DNA of 64,000 bases from Thermodesulfobacteriota bacterium (GTDB taxonomy: Bacteria; Desulfobacterota; Desulfobulbia; Desulfobulbales; SURF-16): the NCBI GenBank assembly GCA_049323655.1, contig JBMONO010000022.1:14993-78992 (forward strand). Reading direction: 5' to 3'. The position numbers and the translations under genes are program-made. The stretch's first letter is position 1. Every line of letters begins with the position of its first letter. Shown here one piece after another: positions 47,687 to 55,334 of the stretch. Below the pieces are notes generated by a model, which searched no databases, was not told the origin of the DNA, and saw only the letters and a program-made list of their open reading frames with translations.

Positions 47687-48970
47687 ATGAAAAAGAAAAT
47701 CGCACTGCTGACCGCCCTGCTCGGCCTGGTCGGCGCAGGAAACGTCGGCGCCTCCGGCTACCGGGTGCCGGAGCAGTCCGTCAATGCCGTTGCCTTGAGC
47801 AACGCCTACATCGCCCACACCTCTGGCCCGGACACCGCCTACTACAACCCGGCCAACATGGGCTGGCAGGAGGACCGCTGGCAGGTGGAGGCAAACCTCA
47901 CCTACATCAACCTGCCCCACATCAACTACAGCGACGCCGTAGACGCCGGCCGGGACGGTTCCTCGAAAACGGAAAATCTTTTTGTCCCATCGCTCCATCT
48001 CGTCTCCCCGGATCAGAACAATTTCCGTTTCGGTTTCTCCCTGGTCGTGCCCTACGGGCTCTCCAAGCGCTGGACCGCCCCCTTCCCTGCCAATGCGGCC
48101 AAGGAATTCACCCTGAACGTCTTCGAGGGCAACCCGTCGATCTCCTATACCTTCTGCGACCGCTTCGCCGTCGCCGCCGGGGCCCGCATCCTCCACACCA
48201 CCAACAACACGGTGGAGAACGGTGGGACGCGCCTGACCGCCCTCGGCCCCACCACCCTGACCAGCAAAATGGACGGAGACTCCACCGATCTTGGTTACAA
48301 CCTGGCAATGACGGTCAAACCGCTCTCCAACTGGTCCCTGGCCGCCACCTACCGCTCCCGGGTGGTGCAGAACCTCAGCGGCGATGCGAAGCTCTCCGCC
48401 ACCATGCCGGCGGTCGGCGCGGCCGATACCTACCGGGGCGACGTTGCCCTCGATGTCGTCACCCCGGCGGTGCTGACACTCAGCACCGCTTATACCGTCG
48501 GGCCGACCACGGTGGAGCTGACCTGGGACAGAACCTACTGGTCAAAGTATGACCATCTGGACTTCGACTTCGACGCCCCCTTGAGCAGCAACTTCTTTGC
48601 CAATCTCGTCCTCACCGCCGCTTACGAGGCGCCCAAGGACAAGGACTGGGACAACGCCGACGCCTACCGTATCGGCATCACCCACCAGTGCAGCGAACGG
48701 CTGATCGCCATGGTCGGCTTTGCCTATGACGAAACCCCTGTGCCGGATGCGACCCTCGGCTTCGAGCTGCCCGATGCCGACGCCCTCCTCTATTCCCTGG
48801 GGGTGCGCTACCAGCTCAGCGAGGTGATGGAGATCGGCGGCGCCTACCTCTATGACTACAAGAAGACCAGGAAAATTACGGCCGACGACGCCAATGTCAA
48901 CGCCATTGCCGGCACCTTCGAGGACGGCGGCGCCCATCTGCTGACCATGGGACTTGCCTACAAGTTCTGA
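47687..48970 (+). CDS. fadL: outer-membrane hydrophobic-compound transporter (FadL/OMPP1/TodX family)
   Basis: Signal peptide, alternating beta-strand pattern, and terminal ...GLAYKF. Start set at MKKKIALL, with an RBS upstream. Confidence 0.8.
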   Translation: MKKKIALLTALLGLVGAGNVGASGYRVPEQSVNAVALSNAYIAHTSGPDTAYYNPANMGWQEDRWQVEANLTYINLPHINYSDAVDAGRDGSSKTENLFVPSLHLVSPDQNNFRFGFSLVVPYGLSKRWTAPFPANAAKEFTLNVFEGNPSISYTFCDRFAVAAGARILHTTNNTVENGGTRLTALGPTTLTSKMDGDSTDLGYNLAMTVKPLSNWSLAATYRSRVVQNLSGDAKLSATMPAVGAADTYRGDVALDVVTPAVLTLSTAYTVGPTTVELTWDRTYWSKYDHLDFDFDAPLSSNFFANLVLTAAYEAPKDKDWDNADAYRIGITHQCSERLIAMVGFAYDETPVPDATLGFELPDADALLYSLGVRYQLSEVMEIGGAYLYDYKKTRKITADDANVNAIAGTFEDGGAHLLTMGLAYKF

Positions 48971-49203
48971 TAATGTTGCAAAAAGTCCGATCTCCCGGTT
49001 TGCGGCGGGATCGCGAAATGCTCGACGTACCACCTGCACGCCTCCGCTTTCGCAACACCACCGTGCCTTGTATAGCGAACTTTTGCAGTGAGCCGTCCGG
49101 ATACTTTTGCGAGTGCATCAGTTCTGCTATACCGGCAGATTGCGGTTGACTATTTGTTGAAATTGTTTTTTAAGTAGTTCGTCATCTGCTTCCGGTTCCT
49201 CTA

Positions 49204-49237
49204 AGCAGGAGCGGCCCCGCCGTTCCTGCTTTTTTTA
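49204..49237 (+). terminator. rho-independent terminator in the fadL-traB spacer
   Basis: agcaggagcggc-ccc-gccgttcctgct (one mismatch) followed by ttttttt. Confidence 0.6.
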
Positions 49238-49281
49238 CTCCCGCAACCCACGCGCCGCTGTTAACCGCTCTCATCAGGATC

Positions 49282-50472
49282 ATGCAGGCAACAGACCATC
49301 TCGACTCCCCGGACGTCCATGTCGTCGATCATGACGGCCGCCGTTTCATCCTCGTCGGCACCGCCCATGTCTCACGCCGTTCGGTGGAGCTGGTCCACCA
49401 GGTCATCGAGGCGGAACGGCCGGCTTGTGTCTGCGTCGAGCTGGACGCTAAACGCTACGAGGCCCTGTCCGAGAAAAAACGGTGGCGTTCCCTTGACCTC
49501 AAGCAGATCATCCGCACCAAGCAGCTCAGCACCCTCTTGATCAACCTGGTCCTTGCCGCTTACCAGAAGAAGCTGGGGGACCGGCTCGGGGTCATGCCCG
49601 GTTCGGAGCTGCTGGAGGCGGCCACCACCGCCCAGGCCCACAACATCCCGCTTTCCCTCTGCGATCGGGACGTGCGGATCACCATGCGGCGGGCCTGGAA
49701 ACGCACCTCCTTTTTCCGCAAGAATTACCTGATCGCTAGCCTGATCACCTCCCTGCTCGAAGAAACAGAGATCACCGAGGAAAAATTAAACGAACTCAAG
49801 GAAACCGACGTCCTCTCCGAGCTGCTGGCCGAACTGGGCCAGGCCCTGCCGGAACTGAAAACCGTGCTCATCGACGAGCGCGACACCTATCTCGCTGAAA
49901 AGATCAAGCGCGCCAAAGGTGACAAGATCGTCGCCGTGGTCGGCGCCGGTCATATCCGGGGGGTAAAGGAGGCGCTCATTGAGGATCGCAGCCACCTGAT
50001 GGCGGAGATCACCACCATCCCGCCGGTTTCTCCCCTCTGGAAGGTGGCGGGCTGGCTCCTTCCGGCCACCATTATCGGCTCGCTGCTCGTCATCGGCCTG
50101 ACCAAGGGGGCGGCGGTGGCCGGGGCCAATCTTCTCTACTGGATTCTCGCCACCGGCATTCCCGCGGCCGTGGGTGCGCTCCTCGCCCTGGCCCATCCGG
50201 TCACCATCCTCGCCGCCTTTGCCGCGGCGCCGCTCACCACCCTGTCGCCGGTGATCGGCGTCGGCCATGTCACCGCTCTGGTCCAGGTCATGATGCAGCC
50301 GCCCCGGGTCCACGAGTTTGAGACCGTGCTCGCCGACATGCCGCGCATCCGCAAATGGTGGGGCAACAAGCTGCTCCGCGTCTTCCTCGCCTTCATGCTG
50401 CCGAGCCTGGGCGGCGCCATCGGCCTGTGGATCGGCGGCATTGAAATCATCTCCAACCTGACAACACCATGA
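49282..50472 (+). CDS. TraB/GumN family protein
   Basis: ILVGTAHVSRRSVELV N-terminal motif, VVGAGHIRG, and C-terminal TM segments. Confidence 0.8.
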   Translation: MQATDHLDSPDVHVVDHDGRRFILVGTAHVSRRSVELVHQVIEAERPACVCVELDAKRYEALSEKKRWRSLDLKQIIRTKQLSTLLINLVLAAYQKKLGDRLGVMPGSELLEAATTAQAHNIPLSLCDRDVRITMRRAWKRTSFFRKNYLIASLITSLLEETEITEEKLNELKETDVLSELLAELGQALPELKTVLIDERDTYLAEKIKRAKGDKIVAVVGAGHIRGVKEALIEDRSHLMAEITTIPPVSPLWKVAGWLLPATIIGSLLVIGLTKGAAVAGANLLYWILATGIPAAVGALLALAHPVTILAAFAAAPLTTLSPVIGVGHVTALVQVMMQPPRVHEFETVLADMPRIRKWWGNKLLRVFLAFMLPSLGGAIGLWIGGIEIISNLTTP

Positions 50473-50786
50473 CCATGAAGAAAAAATCCCTTTCCAGTAA
50501 ACAGATCCGCTACCTGCGCGGCCTCGGCCATCACCTGGAGCCGCTGGCCATGATCGGTCAGCACGGCCTGACCGCCGAGGCGGTGGAGGCGGTCCAGGCG
50601 GTGCTGACCGCCCATGAGCTGGTCAAGGTCAAGATCCAGAACACCGCCACCCTGGAGCGCCACGAGGCGGCCACCGCCCTGGCAACCAAAACCGGCGCCG
50701 CCCTCGTCCAGGTCATCGGCCGCTGCGTCCTGCTCTACAAGGCCAACAAGGACATCCGCCAAGACAAACGCATCGTCCTGCCGTAA
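50469..50786 (+). CDS. yhbY: ribosome assembly RNA-binding protein YhbY (CRM domain)
   Basis: LSSKQIRYLRGLGHHL.P...IG..GLT..V...V...L..HELVKVK pattern. Confidence 0.85.
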   Translation: MTMKKKSLSSKQIRYLRGLGHHLEPLAMIGQHGLTAEAVEAVQAVLTAHELVKVKIQNTATLERHEAATALATKTGAALVQVIGRCVLLYKANKDIRQDKRIVLP

Positions 50787-50800
50787 GGAAGGCGCCCGCC

Positions 50801-51655
50801 ATGACCTCGCCCCGCAGAAAACTGGAAACCCTGCTGACGGGCGGTGAGCTGCTCCTCATGCCCTGCTGCTATGACGCCCTCTCCGGCCTGCTCGTCGAAC
50901 AGGCCGGCTTTCCCCTCACCTTCATGAGCGGCTTTGCCGTCAGCGCCGCCCGCCTCGGCCTGCCGGACACCGGCCTCATCTCCTACGGCGAGATGGTCGA
51001 GCAGGGCCGCGCCATCTGCGAACGGGTCAAGATTCCGGTCATCGGCGACGCCGACACCGGCTACGGCAACGCGGTCAACGTCAAGCGGACCATCCGCGGA
51101 TACGCGGCCGCCGGTTTTGCCTGCGCCATGATCGAGGATCAGCTCATGCCGAAACGGTGCGGCCACACCAGCGGCAAGATGGTGGTGGAGCGCGGCGAGG
51201 CCCTGGCCCGCATCCGGGCCGCGGTGGATGCCCGGGAAGAAGGGGCGGACATCCTCGTCATGGCCCGCACCGACGCCCGCGCCACCCACGGCATGGAAGA
51301 GGCCCTTGCGCGCTGCCGCGCCTTTGTCGATCTCGGCGCGGACATCGTCTTTCTCGAAGCCCCCGAATCGGAGCCGGAGATGGAACGCTTCTGCCGGGAG
51401 ATTGCCGGCCCGAAGATGGCCAACATGCTCCAGCACGGCAAAACGCCGCTGCTGACGCCCGACCGGCTTGCGGCCATGGGCTACACCATCGCCGCCTACC
51501 CGCTCACCCTGCTCAGTTCGGCGGTTTCCGCCATGCAGGAGGCTCTTGCCGCCCTGGGCCGGGGCAGTTATCCGGAACATATCGACTTTGCCGGCCTGCG
51601 GCAGATTGTTGGTTTTTCCGACTACGATGAGGAGGCGCACCGTTATGCCGACTGA
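50801..51655 (+). CDS. isocitrate lyase/PEP mutase superfamily protein (methylisocitrate lyase / carboxy-PEP mutase-like)
   Basis: GDADTGYGNAVNV, IEDQ..PKRCGH and VMARTDA motifs. Confidence 0.8.
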   Translation: MTSPRRKLETLLTGGELLLMPCCYDALSGLLVEQAGFPLTFMSGFAVSAARLGLPDTGLISYGEMVEQGRAICERVKIPVIGDADTGYGNAVNVKRTIRGYAAAGFACAMIEDQLMPKRCGHTSGKMVVERGEALARIRAAVDAREEGADILVMARTDARATHGMEEALARCRAFVDLGADIVFLEAPESEPEMERFCREIAGPKMANMLQHGKTPLLTPDRLAAMGYTIAAYPLTLLSSAVSAMQEALAALGRGSYPEHIDFAGLRQIVGFSDYDEEAHRYAD

Positions 51656-52421
51656 TCCCCTGCCTTTGCTGCTGCTCACCAATGACGACGGCGTCCATGC
51701 CCCGGGTCTGCGCCTGTTGCGCGACGGCATGCGGGATCGCTTCCGGCCGGTCATCGTTGCCCCGGACCGCGACAACAGCGCGGTCAGCCACTCCCTTTCC
51801 CTGCAGCGGCCGCTGATGGTCAAGGAGGTGGCGGAGGACATCTTTGCGGTGAACGGCACCCCGGCCGACTGCATCACCCTGGCCCTGGAAAAGATTCTGC
51901 CGCTGCGGCCACGCCTCATCATCTCCGGCATCAACGAGGGGGCGAACCTCGGCCACGACATCAGCTACTCCGGCACCGTGTCGGCGGCCAAGGAGGGGAC
52001 GATCCGCGGGGTGCCCTCCTTGGCCCTCTCCCTCTGCGGCGACCCTCCCTATCACTTTCCAACCGCACTTATCTGCGCCCGGCGGCTGGCCAAACTGATC
52101 CTTGCCCACGGCCTGCCGGACGACTGCTATCTCAACATCAATGTTCCCAATCTGGCCATGGAAGAGATCAGCGGCGTCACCATCACCCGCCAGGGACGAC
52201 GGATGTACGAAAACGCGGTTCAGGAGCTGACCGACCCGTGGGGCCGCCCCTGCTTCTGGATCGGCGGCGGCAGCCCCTCCCGGGAACGGGGACCGGGCAC
52301 CGACTCCTACGAGACCGAACGCCGCGCCGTCTCCGTCACCCCCATCCACCTCGATCTCACCAACTACGACGCCCTGGCCGCCCTGCAGGAATCGTGGACG
52401 GACAGGCTGACCAACGACTGA
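51645..52421 (+). CDS. surE: 5'/3'-nucleotidase SurE
   Basis: LLLTNDDGVHAPG N-terminus, SGINEGANLG and YSGTVSAA. Start set at MPTDPL, with GAGGAGG upstream. Confidence 0.9.
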   Translation: MPTDPLPLLLLTNDDGVHAPGLRLLRDGMRDRFRPVIVAPDRDNSAVSHSLSLQRPLMVKEVAEDIFAVNGTPADCITLALEKILPLRPRLIISGINEGANLGHDISYSGTVSAAKEGTIRGVPSLALSLCGDPPYHFPTALICARRLAKLILAHGLPDDCYLNINVPNLAMEEISGVTITRQGRRMYENAVQELTDPWGRPCFWIGGGSPSRERGPGTDSYETERRAVSVTPIHLDLTNYDALAALQESWTDRLTND

Positions 52422-52449
52422 AAAAACAGGATCAGGGCGGTTCCGCGCC

Positions 52450-53766
52450 TCAGGGAATGGTGGCGGCCGACGGCCGCCGCACTTGCAGGATGACGGTCGC
52501 AGCGCCGACAAAAAGCACGGCACCGATCAGACAGGCAGCCGTATAGAGGGAGGGGTTGATGGTCGGCAGCCCTGCCGGCCCGGCCTCGCCCATCGCCGGC
52601 AGATTACCGGTGATCAGCCAGGCGGCGCGCAGGAAGACGAGAAACAGGACAAACAGCCAGAGCGTAAGGGCCATTACGGTTGCCAGCGGCCGCGACGGCG
52701 CCAGAACAAAGGAACGGAGCTGATAGCGGATCAGCGCCGGGGGCGGCCGCTCCCCTTCCTGGTCAAACAACTGCCGGAGCAGGGCCTGCTGGCTTACCGC
52801 CTGCTGGATGACCACAGCGCATTTGCCGACCAGGGCGACGAGCAGAAAGGGAAAGAGGGTGATGAGATCGGTCATCCTGAGCGGCAGCGGCCCGAAGGGG
52901 GACTCGATGGCCTTGAGCCGCTCGCCCAGCAGGGCGATCTGGGCCCGGGCAGCAGCGATCGCCTCCTTCAGGGCAACGAGCTTTTCTTCCTGGCTGTGCC
53001 GCTCGCGGCTGGTCGCGGCCAGCAGTTCACCGACCTTGTCGGCCAGCGGGGCAAAGGCCGCCTCCAGGGCGCCGCGCAGTTCGGCGGCCACGTCCACCTT
53101 GCCGCCGCTGCCGCCATAGGAGCGCCAGAAGTGCGGATCAATGGCGTCGATGGTTGCCTTGACCGTGTCGGTCGCCGTCCGGGAGATCTCTTGCAGCGCA
53201 CGGGCGTTGCCCTTCTCCCCCTGGTCGAGCAGCGCCACCGGCTTGACCACCCTCTCCTCCAGCTCCGCCAGCAAGCCGGCAAACCATCTATTGATATACC
53301 AGCCGACCCCTGCCTCGAAGTCGGTGATCTCGGCAGGCACGGCGATCATGTCCGGCGGGGCTTCCTGCTGCATATACTGATTAAACTGATAGACGGGCGG
53401 CATGCCGTCGGCAGGCTGACCGGCGCGGCCCGACCGGCGCCGGTCGAGGCTGGCGGCGATTTCCGGCAGGGCGCTGCGGAGCTGGTCCGGGAACCGCTGC
53501 AGGGCATCGCGTATTTGCTGGAGGGCGTCGGCAACGGACTGGTGCGCGACCCGGATTCTTTCCTCTTCCGCCAGCAGCGTTGTGATTGACTGCTCCATGG
53601 CCGGCAGGGCATCCTGCAATGCCTGCTCCTGCTTTTTATAGAGGAAATAGGGCTCGATGACGTAACAGTGGACGGCCAGGGCAAACAGGAGACCGATCAG
53701 AACAAGGCGGTTGATCTCCCGCACGCCGGCTCGATACTCATTGAGAACAGGATCAGCTGCCGCCAT
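52450..53766 (-). CDS. hypothetical membrane protein with central coiled-coil region
   Basis: One TM after MAAADP..., a long helical region, and three C-terminal TM segments. Start set at ATG 53766, preceded by GAGGAGGGAAG. No family recognised. Confidence 0.5.
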   Translation of the reverse strand: MAAADPVLNEYRAGVREINRLVLIGLLFALAVHCYVIEPYFLYKKQEQALQDALPAMEQSITTLLAEEERIRVAHQSVADALQQIRDALQRFPDQLRSALPEIAASLDRRRSGRAGQPADGMPPVYQFNQYMQQEAPPDMIAVPAEITDFEAGVGWYINRWFAGLLAELEERVVKPVALLDQGEKGNARALQEISRTATDTVKATIDAIDPHFWRSYGGSGGKVDVAAELRGALEAAFAPLADKVGELLAATSRERHSQEEKLVALKEAIAAARAQIALLGERLKAIESPFGPLPLRMTDLITLFPFLLVALVGKCAVVIQQAVSQQALLRQLFDQEGERPPPALIRYQLRSFVLAPSRPLATVMALTLWLFVLFLVFLRAAWLITGNLPAMGEAGPAGLPTINPSLYTAACLIGAVLFVGAATVILQVRRPSAATIP

Positions 53767-54096
53767 CTTCCCTCCTCGGCTTGCTCTTCCAGTTGTCCAG
53801 CGCAAAAGGGCGCACCGTCCCGATCTGGTGCACTTTTCTTCCGTTTTCGCGCGATGATTTTCCTCATCTCCTTCAAGGGTCACCCATTCATTCGTCATCG
53901 TCAAGCGAAAACTCCTGCCGACAGGGAAAACGGCGCTCCCGACGCCAAGGGGCAATCGGCTCACGCCGACGCCGGTAATGCCACCCTGGCCCACACGCAC
54001 TATTATTTTCTTTTTTTGAAAATTGATGGTCTCGCAAACCCGCAAACCATGGCAGGCGTGAAAGTGAAAACAACGAGTTACAAAACACGGACAGGC

Positions 54097-54120
54097 GGAA
54101 TCGTGGTTTTTTACGATTCC
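54097..54120. promoter_or_regulatory. 8-bp perfect inverted repeat in the divergent cas6 upstream region (possible operator or hairpin)
   Basis: ggaatcgt-ggtttttt-acgattcc. Single copy. Confidence 0.25.
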
Positions 54121-54268
54121 GACAAAATTTTGCTTTGCTTTTAGCGAATCCATTTGTTAATGATACTTTGCTAGTTAGGACAACACATTTTTCACGGAAG
54201 AGGTGACGACCTTCTCAACCCTCTTCTCCCCCGCCACTGAAAAACCCGGACCGGGCAAGGGGGTGTTC

Positions 54269-55216
54269 ATGCTGGTTGGCAGGTATCTTTTTCATTGCCG
54301 GTTCACCACAGAGGCGCGCTTGCCGGCCTTCAAGGGTTCCACCCTGCGCGGCGCCTTCGGCCACGCCCTGAAAAGGGTGGTCTGCGCCCTGCGCCGCAAA
54401 ACCTGCGCCGATTGCCTGCTCTCCACCTCCTGTGTTTATTCCCTGGTTTTTGAAAACCCGGCCGGTCCGCCGGACAAATCAGCAAACGACCTCCCGGCCA
54501 AAACCCTCGGTCGCCCTCATCCGTATGTGCTGCAGCCGCCCCTTGACCACCGCCGCGCCTACGAAACCGGCGAGGCCTTCTCCTTCGGCCTCGCCCTGTT
54601 CGGCCCGGCCAACGACTTCCTGCCCCATCTGGTCTACGCAGTGGAACGGATGGGTGAAACCGGCCTGGGCCGGGGCGGGAAAAACGGCCGGAGCCGCTTC
54701 ATGCTTGAGGCCGTGGAGAGCCGGGGCGTCCTGCTCTACGACGGCGCCGCCAAAACCCTGCGCCAGGGCCATGAATTGACCAGCCACGACCTGCAGCCGC
54801 CGGCCGCCGGACCGCTCGATTCCCTGACCGTTCGGCTCCTCACCCCGCTGCGGCTCAAACACCACAACCGGTTCCAGCAGACCCTGCCCTTCCACCTGCT
54901 GATCCGCGCCGCCCTGCGCCGCATCGCCGGCCTGGAAGAGGCTTACGGCCAAGGGGAGCCGCCCCTCGATTACCGGGGGTTGGTGAAACGAGCCGAACAG
55001 GTGGTCATTAGGCAGAGCGATTGCCGCTGGGTGGAGATCGAGCGCTACAGCAACCGCCAGCAGACCGGCATGCTGATCGGCGGCCTGCTGGGGGAGCTGG
55101 TCTATGAAGGAGAGATGGCCGAGTTCCTGCCGCTGCTGAAATACTGCGAGGTAACCCATCTGGGCAAGCAGACGGCGTTCGGGTTGGGGTGGGTGGAGGT
55201 GGGCCATGGGCTATGA
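54269..55216 (+). CDS. cas6: CRISPR-associated endoribonuclease Cas6 (Cys-cluster type commonly linked to type III loci)
   Basis: LPAFKGSTLRGAFGHALK, Cys cluster C-x6-C-x2-C-x5-C, HPYVLQPP, and the C-terminal glycine-rich loop HLGKQTAFGLG. Start set at MLVGRY, with GGGGG upstream. Confidence 0.8.
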   Translation: MLVGRYLFHCRFTTEARLPAFKGSTLRGAFGHALKRVVCALRRKTCADCLLSTSCVYSLVFENPAGPPDKSANDLPAKTLGRPHPYVLQPPLDHRRAYETGEAFSFGLALFGPANDFLPHLVYAVERMGETGLGRGGKNGRSRFMLEAVESRGVLLYDGAAKTLRQGHELTSHDLQPPAAGPLDSLTVRLLTPLRLKHHNRFQQTLPFHLLIRAALRRIAGLEEAYGQGEPPLDYRGLVKRAEQVVIRQSDCRWVEIERYSNRQQTGMLIGGLLGELVYEGEMAEFLPLLKYCEVTHLGKQTAFGLGWVEVGHGL

Positions 55217-55334
55217 GTCGTTCAGTAAAAAACGAAACGATCGCCTTTTTCTTGGAATTGATTTGGAAAGATTCCCCTGATTTAAGCTGAAATTTCCAAC
55301 TATGGCTTTGAATTATTAATTTTTTTTGCCAGAT

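Noticed and set aside
54025-54042. gatggtctcg-caaacccg, matching the two MITE termini joined back to back (an empty-site or solo-end footprint).
   Set aside because: The match is only 18 nt, so I cannot exclude chance by eye. It is mentioned under the MITE finding but not called as a feature.
53767-54153. N-terminal 129 codons of ORF 52450..54153, which would make a 567-aa protein.
   Set aside because: That segment is Cys/Arg/Gly-rich and featureless. A strong GAGGAGG Shine-Dalgarno precedes the internal ATG at 53766, after which the TM and coiled-coil protein begins.
55258-55286. TTGATT-17 nt-TTTAAG as the promoter of the SIR2-ATPase-cmr unit.
   Set aside because: Both hexamers are weak matches in an AT-rich spacer, where such matches are expected by chance. 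This needs transcript mapping.
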